Positions 38,290 to 50,201 of a stretch of DNA of 64,000 bases are shown piece after piece. The notes beneath the pieces are model-generated. The model did no database searches, had not been told where the DNA came from, and saw nothing but the letters and a program-made list of their open reading frames with translations. Position 1 is the stretch's first letter, and each line of letters begins with the position of its first letter. This DNA is from Squalus acanthias (Eukaryota), in the NCBI GenBank assembly GCA_030390025.1, contig CM059433.1, forward strand, positions 1,612,001 to 1,676,000, in the 5' to 3' direction. A program made the translations under genes and the position numbers.

Positions 38290-38813
38290 TCAGTGATTCA
38301 TCCAGTGTCTGTATCCTAACGCGCATCAAGTCCCGTTCAGCCATCATCCCTGTGCTCGCTGAACTACATCGGCTCCTGGTCCAGCACAAACTCAAATTTA
38401 TCATTCTTATACTTGTGTTCAAATCCCTCCCTGGCCTCGCCCCTCCCTATCTCTGTAACCTCCTCCAGCCCCACAACCCTCCCTATCTCTGTAACCTCCT
38501 CCAGCCCCACAACCCTCCGAGATCTCTGCGATCCTCCAACTCTGGCCTCTTGTGCTTCCACAATTTCCTTCACCTCTCCATTGGCTGCCATAACTTCTGG
38601 AATTTCCTCCCTAAACCTCTCTGCCTCTCCACCTCTCTCTCCTCCTTTAATACAGTCCTTAAGACCTACCTCTTTGACCAAGCTGTTGATCACCTGTCCT
38701 AAAATCTACTTATGTGGCTCTGTGTCAAATTTTGTCTAAGAACACTGCCGTGAAGCATCTTGGGATGTTTTACAACATTAAAGGTGCTATATAAATGTAT
38801 GTTGTTGTTGTTG
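38290..38813 (+). mobile_element. L2 LINE 3' fragment with (GTT)n tail
   Basis: LAELHRLLVQHKLKFIILILVFKSLPGLAPPYL (with a local duplication of PPYLCNLLQPHN); tail GCTATATAAATGTATGTTGTTGTTG. Confidence 0.85.
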
Positions 38814-38989
38814 CAGATCCTGCTAACTCGCTATCTAAATTATGCAGGGTGCCAATTTCTGTGCTGGTGTTTGACATCGTAATAGTGTTGACGGTACCTT
38901 GCTATCAAGGCTTTTATCTTCACTCGGCCTGGCACGAGCATCTGAGTTTTCTGATGGACCTAAAAATAGGGGAGATGAATTAGGGTTAG

Positions 38990-39195
38990 GATGACTTTGA
39001 ACTTATGGTTCCCAAAGCTGTGCACCACTGGGGTTTTCCTCGCATCATGTCTGGTTGTAGACTAATTGATAGAGAGCGATTGCTATGATTAATCAACAAC
39101 TCCATTATTGTTGTAGCATGGGACTACCAAGGTGATAGAAGACGAACTAGATGAACCTTGGCAATTCTTTGCCGAGGAATTCCTGTGTTCCCATG
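38990..39195 (+). mobile_element. Old CR1 3' UTR fragment
   Basis: Homologous to 10580-10785 (GACTTTG..ATGGTTCCCAAAGCT..GACTAATTGATAG..CAACAACTCCATT..AACTAGATG). Confidence 0.7.
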
Positions 39196-39789
39196 TCGTA
39201 TTGATAGCAAGCAAATGCCAGATCACCGGCAGCATTGTGTCACACGCAGTTTTACTCAGGAAACGAGGACTTGACTGAAAAGAGTTAAGCAGGAAGAGAA
39301 GATCTGGAGAAGATGCCCCCAAATCCTGCCTCCAGCTTCGGCTCCTCTGATATTGACGGACCTGCGTCGTCACAACCTGTCAATGGTGGCAAAACGCAAA
39401 AAGACTGCAGCTGCTGGAAATCCAAAACAAAAGCAGAAACTGCTAGAAGCACTCAACAGGTCAAGCAGCATCTGTGGAGAGTGGACTCTCAGCAGAAATA
39501 CCTCCTGGGCAAAGGTCTTCAACCCCCCACCATATATAAGCTAGCTTGCCACAGTGTGCAGGTGGACAGGCGAAAGCAGCAAGATTAGCCAAGAGGGACA
39601 AGTAATGTGAGGGAGTAGTAGCTTTTGAGGGTGTGAGTGACAACAGAAAGGAGGTCCAGTAGAGTCTTCCCTCCTGACTTACGGACAACCATGGGAAGCA
39701 AAGAATGAAATCATGGAACATGCAGTTGCAAAGTTAGGGTCATGCAGGGCTGAGCAGAAAGGGTAAGAGGTGGAATGGGGAGCCTTATT

Positions 39790-40010
39790 CTGGCAGTTCT
39801 GGTAAGATCATTAAATTTCTTTCTGCACTGCAGTCAGGTCCTGGTGTAAGTATTGTTGTGTTCACATGTTATGTGCTCTCTCACCAAGTCTATTCACCAA
39901 CTTGTCTTGCAAACTGCTAACCATCAAAAGGGAAGAGGACTTTCCTTCGCTCATGAACTTGTTCACCAACATCTCCACCATTGAATGGGAAATCCTTAGG
40001 GCCCTGCTGG
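39790..40010 (-). pseudogene. Harbinger Myb/SANT-like gene remnant
   Basis: Frameshifted VEMLV/EQVHERRKVLFPFDG ... TRT*LQCRKKFNDLTRTAR. Confidence 0.7.
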
Positions 40011-40967
40011 AACTCTTCTTGCCCCCAGACATCTTCCTGCAGATCCACATTCTTCCATCCTTGTTTTGACCAGAAAGAATGCACATTAAGAACCTGCAGC
40101 AGCAATTAACTTCCCACCCCTAATCAACGAGCTGCCTATAATAAGAATGGTTTGCGCTTGAAGTTTGCCTGAAGCTTGCTAATGAGGGGTGACCCAGAAT
40201 ATTGGACGCAACTCTCACCGTCTCCACCAGCCATTGTTTTTGCCACACCGATATAACGCACAAGAACCAAAATCGACCAGTACACCTTGATTTCCTCCAT
40301 AGCCTTTTGTGGCCCAATGAGAATATTCACATCCCACTCAAGTCTAACCACCAACTCTTACTTCTTACCTTTGATGAATCCACCCTCAATCCTTCTTCAT
40401 CTATCGAAATTAATTGCTTCACTATATTCTCTAATCCTCAAATGAAATGGTCATGTTTCCTCCATTGTTGAAGTTGCCTCAAAGGAACTTCGTTTCCTCT
40501 TTGGTGCCAAACGTGGGTTTTTTCCCTTCAACAACTCTTGACTCTATAAAGAACGGCTCGATTCAAAATTTGAATAACGCATCCAAACTCGAGGATGGTC
40601 CTCTCATATCTTTCCTGTCTGATAAGTAATGCTTCTATCTCTTCCTTACAACATTGTTTTCCATTAATTGATACTATGAGTGCTCTTCTGAATGTTCTCC
40701 TTTCATTCTTTCCCAGCTACAATTATATCATTCTACCTGCTGTTTCCTCCCGCCTCCATCCTCACTATGTTGAAATTAAGACTCTCGACACCGTCTCAAA
40801 GTCATTCCTTCCCCGGACTTCATAACCATGGAATCCGTTCTTCCCTTGTTCTTTCCTTCCTCCTACAATTTTCAAATTCAAGCTTGGTGTCACCCAATCA
40901 CTATGGGAGGAATATTAACCTGAAAAAACAGGTGGGTTGGGGCAGAGTGAGGGGGGGAAGTTACAAT

Positions 40968-41710
40968 GGCCCAGAAATTAATGACGGAGCCTTCGTGCGG
41001 GGGTAAGGCTTCCCCGCGATATCTCACTGCGCGCCTGCCTTTTCATTCCGAGCTCGCACGAACTTGATGTTCTAGACAGCAGCTGGGCAGTGCTTCCGTA
41101 TCCCACAGGCACAGTTAATTCGTGCGAGCTGTGGGATCACGTGATTCAGTTAGAGCCAATGGCAGCACACCATCTTTCATTCATAGTTTTCACAGCAAGT
41201 GCTGTGAAAGCTGTGAATCTATACCCCCTCAAAAGAACAGCTAAACCTCAATTAAATTTTTTAAAAAACCATCACATTAATAAAATAAGTATAGTTAAAT
41301 AAATTAACCACTTTAAACAAAAAATTAAATATTTGAAAAAATTTAAAATCTTTTAAAAAGTTATAAAAATAAACTTACCTTTCTTTAAAGTCTCTAAAAA
41401 AGATATACCTGTTGAAAAAAATTCAAAATAATACTTAATTAACTACTTACCTTGTTAAAAGAGGGTCTTATGCCTCCTTTCTTTTTGTGCAAAATCTTCC
41501 ATGCTTACCTGCGCGTCAAAGCACTAAGTGCACTGCGTGCGCGCAGCCTGTAGCGCGCACTGCGGTTCACCTAGGAACCGCCCCCTTTTGAAATCACCAA
41601 GTGCCGGTTTTCAGCGCATGCACAGTGCATGCAGAAAACCGGCAATTGGAGACAGAATACGCGAGAGTACACAGTGCGTACTCTCGCGTAGAGACACTAA
41701 TTTTTGGGCC
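40968..41710 (+). mobile_element. Harbinger-type MITE family A, copy 2, nested in a family-B-like end fragment (~40905-41830)
   Basis: TIR GGCCCAGAAATTA / TAATTTTTGGGCC, AAT TSD; colinear with 18773-19512. Confidence 0.9.
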
Positions 41711-41849
41711 AATATTAAAAAACAAAATCCCGACCCCAACCCACCTCCAACCCACCCACTTCCGGGTTTAACGGAGGCGGGTTGGGGGATGGGCAGCCAA
41801 TCTGCTGCCAGGAGGCAGGTTGGCAGTTTAAATATGATAATGAAGCCCT

Positions 41850-42502
41850 GACCTACCTCACCACCATCTCTCTCGACCCCCCCACGGTCTCTAAATTGTC
41901 CGACTGCTTGTCCGACATACAGTTTTGGATCAGCAGAAATTTTCTTCAATTAAATATTGGGAAGACTGAAGTCATTGTCTTCGGTCCCCGCCACAAACTC
42001 CATTCCCTAGCCACTGATTCCATCCCTCTGCCTAGCATCTGTCTGAGGCTGAACCAGACTGTTCGCAACCTTGGTGTCATATTTGACCCTGAAATGAGCT
42101 TCCGACCACATATCCGCAGCATAACTAAGACCGCCTACTTCCACCTCCATAACATCGCCCGTCTCCGCTCCTGCCTCAGCTCATCCGCTGCTGAAACTCT
42201 CATCCATGCCTTTGTTACCTCTAGACTTGACTATTCCAACGCCCTCCTGGCTGGCCTCCCACATTCCACCCTACGTAAACTTGAGGTGATCCAAGACTCA
42301 GCTGCCCCGTGTCCTAACTCGCACCAAGTCCCGTTCACCCATCACCCCTGTGCTCGCTGACCTTCATTGGCTCCCGGTTAAGCAATGCCTCAATTTCAAA
42401 ATTCTCATCCTTGTTTTCAAATCCCTCCACGGCCTCGCCCCTCCCTATCTCTGTAATCTCCTTCAACCCCACAACCCCCCCGAGAAATCTGTGCTCCTCT
42501 AA
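41850..42502 (+). mobile_element. L2 LINE RT fragment
   Basis: LSDCLSDIQFWISRNFLQLNIGKTEVIVFG...VRNLGVIFD...ETLIHAFVTSRLDYSNALLAG. Confidence 0.9.
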
Positions 42503-43445
42503 TTCACAGGGAAACCCGGATTTCTGGGCATTCCCACGGTCTACCGCCGCCCCCCCTCCCCCACCCCCACCCCCACCGGACGGGTCAGAAACTTCAAAAT
42601 TCCCGCCTATACTCCTGAATAATGCCGTCACATGATCAGATATTGCGCAGTATGGGAGCACTCCTGAACTTTAGACGCGGGGATCACTTATAGAAGTGAT
42701 CAACACCACTGAACCTCAGAGAATATTTAAGATAGACCCAAAATTTCTAACAGAGTGTGATGAGATGAAAATCTGTTACACCCTGCTGGAAATGTTGGTC
42801 TGCAACAGAAGAAAGGATGAGCCGCATCAAACTAGCAATTGTACTTTGTTTCTTTCACTTGTTTCCTTTTTGTGGCTGGTGTTGCTTTTCCCGACTCCCG
42901 CTATCAGAGCCTTGTAAGTTGTGTCTGAAGCAGTCCCCATGTGGAGGTTCCCACAGATCATTATTCTTGTTTCCTACCTGTATTTAATGAATATAAAGCT
43001 ACAGAGAAGAGAATTTATCTGGCCTGTCTTGCTAGAATTCAATTATCCCTGCGATCTACTCACCCTGTTTGCCCTTCGCTGGATGAACGGTGAGCAGTGG
43101 ACCAGAATCCGACCTGAGCATTTATTATTGCTGCTGTTTTCATCAAGTAACACATTCGGCCCCCGCTGATTGGCATCAGAACATTCAGCTGGACGCTGCC
43201 CAACCAAGATCACACCTGCAACAATTTAAACCGCGAGAAGGTTCATGAAATAAGAACGACCAGTCTTCACCATTTATTGTTGGCTGCTCTCTTCATAAAA
43301 GGGGAAAATTACAGTGCGGCGTGGTGACTGGGCCAAGCTGATTTTAAGATCGAGCCACCTCCTTCCTGAGTTTGGCAGAAGCATTCTACAGCTGGCTCTG
43401 AAACAAACAGAAAAATGCAGGGAAATGCAAAATGGGAAACTGGTG

Positions 43446-45362
43446 GGCCTAGAAATTCATTGACAGCGCGCCCATTCTACAGGCATAAATCGGGCGCCTA
43501 AGTGTCCAAAGTGGCAGGCGTCCCCGCACAAGAAATGCGCTGCCCGCCATATCAGATTGGGCTCCTTCGTAGGCATTCAGGGTGCATGCCGGAACGATTC
43601 AGGAAGCACATTATAATATATAAATAGGGGTCCTATGCTTGTTGACTTTTGTGAAATTGGCTGCTCCAACAAGTCGTGGCCAAGTAATAAATTCGCTCAC
43701 CAAGTCGTGGCTAACAGGCAACAAGGATCCTTCAGCAGTGCTATTTAAAGGGCTTATCCACTACGTACAGGTTAGTTGCTGGTTTAACTTCTGAGTGTTT
43801 TTTGATCATTTCTAACTTCTGTAACTCACCTCTGACTTCTGAGAAGATGTTTTTGCTGTTTCTTGGCTGTTTTCAGAACGGTTTGACAGCAGTCACGTGC
43901 CATCTGTTAGGGCCTTTGGGGCTGGAGGATGAGGGGGAGCAGCCAAGAAAACAGCACAAAGCAGGAGCAGCTGCGTCAAGAGTGAGGAGGAGGAGGGTAC
44001 TGCGCAGGAGGCCATACCCACAGCAGGGTTTCAGGGAGCACTTTCCCCAGCTCAACTTCACGAAGGAGAAATGTCTCAGGCACCTTTGTTTCTCACAGGA
44101 AACGGTCACTGAGCTAGGTCATCTGCTGCAGACAAACTGAAGCCTCAAACCAGGGCATGGACAACACTGCCTGTGGTTGTCAAGGTCACCGCGGCCGTTA
44201 GCCTTTATGCAATAGGCTCTTTCCAGACTGCAGCAGGTGAAAGCAGCGACATCTAGCAGTTCGCAGGGAGGTCACTGAGTCTCTCAACACTGGGAGGAAC
44301 ACCTACATCTCTTTGCCCATGGACAGAGCGGAGCAGGACCAGAGAGCTCCAGATTTCACCCACATTATAGGCATCCTCAGAGTCCAAGCTACCATACTGT
44401 GCACCATTACAACAGTGACTCCACTTCAAAATAAATACTTCATTGGCTGTAAAGCGCTTTGAGACATCCGGTGGTCATGAAAGGTGCGATATAATGCAAG
44501 TCTTTTTTTTTATACAATTGCCTTGGGCACTTCCCATCACCAGCCTGACATCTTGCTGAATAGAAAGAGAATCCCCGGCCTCATCGTCCAGCTAGTGTGC
44601 GACCACAGGCAGCACATCATGCAGGTCTGTGCCCGCTTCCCTGGCAGCAGTCATGATACATTCATCCTGCACCAATCCTCTGTGCCACCTTTATTCCAAC
44701 CAATCCAGCAGGTTACAGGCTGGCTACTGGACCCCTTCAGAATTGGCTCATCACTACTGTGGGGAACCCGGGCACAGCTGCAGAGCTGGCCTACAACAAG
44801 AGCCATGCCTCCACCAGGAACGTCCTGGGCAGCAGGAAATTCAGCAGGAGGAGGAGGAAGAACAGGAGCGGCATCGACCGACCTGCCACAGCTCCCAGAG
44901 CGCAACTCATCCAAGAGTGCTGCACATGAACCATCCCACCATTCCAGGCTCCTGATGATCGCTGGGATTCTTCTCCTAGCAGCAGTGTTCCAGCAACGTG
45001 AGGCTCCCACCAACCGTTCCGTCACTTCCGACCCGATTTCCTGGGTCGGGGGATATTAAAGATTCAGGGCAGGATTCCTGCTGCTGAAATGGAACCCACC
45101 ACTGTGAGGGCACAAACTCCTGGCCAGGCTGCAGCACGGCTGTTCAAGGGGCAGAGAATCTCAAAGATCGGACCAGCTGTCGAACTGAAGGCCTCGTCCG
45201 AGACCAGGGTCTTCAGATGGTGCGTGTTGGGGAGGAATGGAAGGAGAGGAGGCAGTTGTAAGGTTCTCCTCCATGGGGACACCTCAGGGCTGTTGTTGCC
45301 ACTTCCTTGGGCCCACGATGGCCATGGTAAGCCACGGTAATCACCATGAGGAAATTCGGCCC
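43446..45362 (+). mobile_element. Decayed Harbinger element with transposase remnant (~43960-44900) and a Deu-SINE tail insert (~44395-44510)
   Basis: RRRPYPQQGFREH..CLRHLCFSQETVTELGHLL, LPVVVKVTAAV, NRK..LIVQLVCDHRQHIMQVCARFPGSSHDTFIL. Left end GGCCTAGAAATTC; right boundary uncertain. Confidence 0.75.
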
Positions 45363-45764
45363 CCGCCCCTCCTCCACCATTTACATGTGACGGGCAGAAA
45401 AGCAGAGGCCAGTGGTAGTCCCAGTGGGGGTTGGCGGAGGGAAATATAGGTTATGTAGTTGGCTTAATTAAGTAAAGCTCGTTTCCATTTCGATCCCACT
45501 CTTCTAAATCCTGGCAATCCCAGCAATGCAGTGACAGGAATGCTCAATAAAGCCAGTTAATGCTTTCACACCAAGGAACACCCTCCTTATCTCGAAAAAG
45601 TGGCTGCAACCAGTCCTGAAAATAATCTTCATGTAAGACAACAGCTGGGCATGCCCTAGAAAGTTCGTTCGTGGCAAATTAAAAACATTTAAACAGCTTA
45701 TTTGTTATATATAACATCTCTGGTGAGAAAAACTGAATAAAAATACCTGTAACTGAAACCCAAC

Positions 45765-46460
45765 AACAATCATTTGCATTTATATTGTGGCTTCAACATG
45801 GAAAAAGGTCCCAAGGCGCTTCACAGAAGCATAATTAGATAATAATTGATACCGAGCCAAAGAAGGAAATATTAAAAGGAGTGACCTAAAGCTCGGTCAA
45901 ACAACAACAACAACTTGTATTTATATCGTGCCTTTAACATAGAAAAATGTCCCAAAGCATTTCACAGGAGCGATTATCAAACAAAATGTGGCACCGAGAC
46001 ACATAAGGAGATATTAGGGCAGATGACCAAAAGCTTGGTCAAAGCGGTAGGTTTTAAGGAGCATCTTAAAGAAAGAGAGAGAGAGGTGGAGTGGTTTTGG
46101 GAGAGAATTCCAAAGCTTAGGGCCTAGACGGCTGTCGGCACGGCCACCAATGGAGAGGATAAGGGAGTGGGGGATGCACAAGAGGCCAGAGTTGGAGCAA
46201 TGCAGAATTCCTGGAGGGTTGTAGGGCTGGTTGAGGTTACAGAGATAGGGAGGGCGAGGCCATGAAGGGATTTGAACATGAGGATGAAAATTTTAAATTG
46301 AAAGCGTCGGAGGCTTCGGAGCCACTGTCGGTCAGCGAGCACGGGAGTGATGGGTAGGCAGCACTTGGTGTGGGTTAGGATACGGGCAACAGTGTTTTGG
46401 ATGAGCAGAAGTTTATGGAAGGTGGAGAATGGGAGGCCAACCAGGAGAGCATTGGAATAG
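45765..46460 (-). mobile_element. Two tandem L2 3' ends
   Basis: Two CAACAAC..TTG(C/T)ATTTATAT tails (~45765, ~45900); FQFKIFILMFKSLHGLA. Confidence 0.8.
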
Positions 46461-47863
46461 TTACTCAGAAATCATCAGCTCAGCTTAAAACATTTTTGCT
46501 TCAAGTTTTTGCAGAATCAGTGTTTAGAGAAAAAGCTGGTTTTAGTTCTGTTCTACTATCCAACTGATCTGATTGGTTATGACACCTTCCAGTTGTGCCT
46601 TCCAACTGATTGGATTGGTTTATATTCAGACCCTCCAATTCCAGAGAAAAAGAGCTGATGTTTCTTGCGAAACGCTGAGATGTTGCCACATGGATTGAAA
46701 AGCTAACTGTCAGCTTAAAAAGTTGATGGTTGGCATGTAGGAGAAAGTCTGTTGCTCACTTGACTCAATCTCTACTAATTCCCTATTTAATTTCTCCTCT
46801 CTTCCTGAACTGTGCCTGGCTTCCATTTGGTGCAGGCAAGATTGACAACTCGTTATGTCGGAGTTGCCAGGAGGAATCAGCATCCTCCTTTTTTTGTGAC
46901 AAGCGTTAGTGCACTAATTGTATCTTTCTTCCTCATTGTCAACATTGCTATGAAGTAAGTTAACTGCAATGTAATGTGTTCCATAAGTTATTTTCCCCAA
47001 AGCAGCTGGTTTTTGGAGTAATTTGCAAAATGTTTGTTCAATATTAACCATGGGGATGTAAGTTAATATGAAGAATGTTTTTGCTTTAAGCGGGTTACTT
47101 TTATTATCTCCTGATAGTTTCTCCTAACTGTAAGGAGAAAGCTCTCCCTTCACTCATACATTGGCCAGCTGGAGATCTGACATGTTGGGACTCAAGACTA
47201 GAAGAGAGACATTCAGCTGGATTTACCAGTGAATCAATCCATGAGCGGTTGCCATTGTGGGACTGAGCATCAGCAATCTTCCTCATCTTGGATGCTGATT
47301 ACAGAGTTGTCAGTGATTTTAAACATTTGTACCAGTTGGAATATAGATGACTGCTGGCTGTTACGGAATTTCGAATGGTGACAAGAGCACTGTTAAGATA
47401 TGCAATGTTTATTCTTTCAACAGAGACAAGACGTGTATTGGTTTACCTTTAATTCTGATATAAGGATAAATTCAGCAATCACGCAGTACCAGGGCTGAGC
47501 TTCACGAGATGGGAGTACGGGTCAAAGAATTAGGGTTACACTGCCATAGACCTATCTTTCACCGATGCTCCCATCTCATAAGACTCAATACTGGGAGTGC
47601 AGGATAGCTGAATAAACCATCTAGAGTTTGACTTTCTGGCCTTAGGTAAAGTTTTTCATGAAGTCTTAAAACTTCAATATGTAACTTCAAGCTGCTCTTA
47701 GTTATCTACTAATGCAGCATTAGAGATCTGAGCGCAGGTCAGTCTCTGGGGTATATGTGGTGGGGGAAGATCTGGAGAAGCAAAAAGGTAAAAGCAAATA
47801 TCTTACAAAAAGTAGCGTGCTGTATATTATTTTGTTCTTAAAACCTGGGTTGTATAAATATGA

Positions 47864-48662
47864 AAATGAGAAGTCGCACAACACCAGGTTATAGTCCAAC
47901 AGATTTATTTAAAATTACAAGCTTTCGGAGCTATCCTGCCCCTTCTTCAGGTAAAGTTACACGTTGTCTACCTGATACGTTGCAGGAAAGGATACCCCAG
48001 AGCATGGTACATCGGCGAGACCATGCAGACACTGAGACAACGTATGAACGGACACCGCGCAACAATTGCCAGGCAGGATAGTTGCCTCCTAGTCGGGGAA
48101 CACTTCAGCAGTCAAGGGCATTCAGCCTCGGATCTGCGAGTTAGCGTTCGCCAAGGCGGCCTTCGAGACACACGACAACGCAAAATCATCGAGCAGAAAC
48201 TGATAGCCAAGTTCCGCACTCATGAGGACGGCCTCAACCGGGATATCGGGTTCATGTCACGCTACAGAACGTGACTCGACATCGTTGTCTGTCTTTCCAG
48301 TTTTTTAAAAAACAAACACAAAAAAACCCCCCAAAAAACAAACCCCTAAAAAGACGGAGAGAGAGGAAGGGATATGGTGAGAGATCTGCTGCAGTCAGCA
48401 GGATTTGACACGTTAGACCCCCTGGGACACATCTCATTGTCTTGGCTGTGCTCTTGGTGTGTCTTTGATGTAAGGAAAGATTGTATCTCTGTAGTATCTG
48501 TGTTTATATTCTATGAACTTTTGTAGATTCACTCAGTGTAACTTTACCTGAAGAAGGGGCAGGATAGCTCCGAAAGCTTGTAATTTTAAATAAATCTGTT
48601 GGACTATAACCTGGTGTTGTGCGACTTCTCATTTTTGTCCACCCCAGTCCATTTCCGCATCA
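47864..48662 (+). mobile_element. 5'-truncated Penelope-like element with GIY-YIG fragment and inverted pseudo-LTR
   Basis: VVYLIRC..WYIGETMQTLRQRMNGHR..GEHFS..EQKLIAKFRT..GLNRD. 100-bp inverted repeat 47863-47962 / 48536-48635. GTATAAATATGA duplicated at 47852-63 and 48663-74. Confidence 0.9.
48544..48583 (+). ncRNA. Minimal type I hammerhead ribozyme motif (Penelope pseudo-LTR); antisense copy near 47915-47954
   Basis: TTAC-CTGAAGA-A-GGGGC(AGGATA)GCTCC-GAAAGCTT-GTAA: both core boxes, stem I (TTAC/GTAA), stem II, and palindromic AAGCTT in place of stem III. Confidence 0.75.
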
Positions 48663-49929
48663 GTATAAATATGAGTGAGTGCTTTGTAAATCAATAGCAT
48701 ATGTGGTAATCTTTCAACAACTGCTACAGTTAAAGGCATGAAATAATCCCTAAACAGTGACTGCAGATAAAAGGTTTGCAAATCCTTCTATGCAAGTGGT
48801 ATTTTCTCTAGTTAGTGTAAATTAGGGACCCAAAGTTCAATGGACAGTTGACACTCCAATTAATTTCTACATATCAAATTGGACAGCCTGTCAGTAAAAC
48901 AAATTCTAAAGCTGTTGCAGTATTTTTATTCTACCACTAGATGTTACTGGGATATTTAGTAAATGCTATAACATAATTACAAAGCTTGCTAAAATACGTA
49001 GAGGTAGAACGTTATTACTGCACTAACCTTTTCTACAGGCTCATGCCTTGTATCCAAAATGGTACCCCAGAAACACAGTGTAAGACTAATAGACATCTGG
49101 TTCATCAACATCTGAAAAGACAGGTTAATGATTCAGGTGTCGATCTTTTGTCAGAACTGGAAACTGGGACATAGGCCTCTTTGAAGGATTGAATTAAACA
49201 GAGAGGAGTAAAGAACAAAAGATAAAGGACTACATTCAGGCATGTTAACTACCTATTACAGTAAGTGATAACTTCCTATACAGAAGCAAAACATTCTTTG
49301 TTCTAGCCCTACTCAGGCCCCCTCCCTCACCTCTTTTTCCGGTACATTGATGACTGTAACAGTGTCATTTCCTGCTCTCGCCCTGAACCGGAAAATTTCA
49401 TCAACCTTGCTTCCAATTTCTACCCTTCCCTCGCCTTCACATAGTCCATCTCTGAATCCCACATCACAACAGTGACTCCACTTCAAAAGTACTTCATTGG
49501 CTGTAAAGCGCTTTGAGATGTCCGGTGGGTGTGAAAGGCGCTATATAAATGCAAGTCTTTCTTTCTTTCTTTCTTCCCTTCCCTTCTTCCCTCCTGCCAT
49601 TTCCTTCAGCGTGATCCCACCACCAAACACATCTTCCCCTCCCCTCCCTTTCAGCATTCCGAAGGGACCGCTCCCTCCGCAACACCCTGGCCCACTCCTC
49701 AATCACCCCCAACACCCCCTCCCCTTCCCACGGCACCTTCCCGTGCAAATGCAGGAGATGCAACACCTGCCCTTTTACCTCCTCCCTTCCCACCGTCCAG
49801 GGCCCCAAACACTCCTTCCAGGTGAAACAGCGATTTACTTGTACTTCTTGCAATTTAGTATACTGTATTCGCTGCTCACGATGCGGTCTCCTCTACATTG
49901 GGGAGACCAAACGCAGATTGGGTGACCGC

Positions 49930-50123
49930 TGTGGTAACACAATACAGCTTCCTGTGACTCGAACTTTATTACATCACTTCCTGTGATCAGCCCAGTATTT
50001 ATCCTGGACTAATCAGTTGGATTCTGGAGAGGCATAGAGTAAGACCTCTTTTGTATGTAGCACCTTTTTAGTTGATTAAAGCTTACTTTAAGTTCACCAC
50101 GCGTAAGGCTCATTCTTACGACA
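49930..50123 (+). repeat. 5' LTR
   Basis: TGTGGTAAC...TTACGACA; 193/194 identical to the 3' LTR. Confidence 0.97.
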
Positions 50124-50201
50124 ATTTAATCAACTTTGAAAAACTTCGCACTCAAACTTTTTGGACGAACTCGGAACTAAGGATCCAGGGAATCACCCAT
50201 C

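Noticed and set aside
47863..48635. DNA transposon with 100-bp TIRs
   Set aside because: The interior is a Penelope GIY-YIG fragment and the repeat is the hammerhead-containing pseudo-LTR; extra element sequence lies between the right arm and the TSD.
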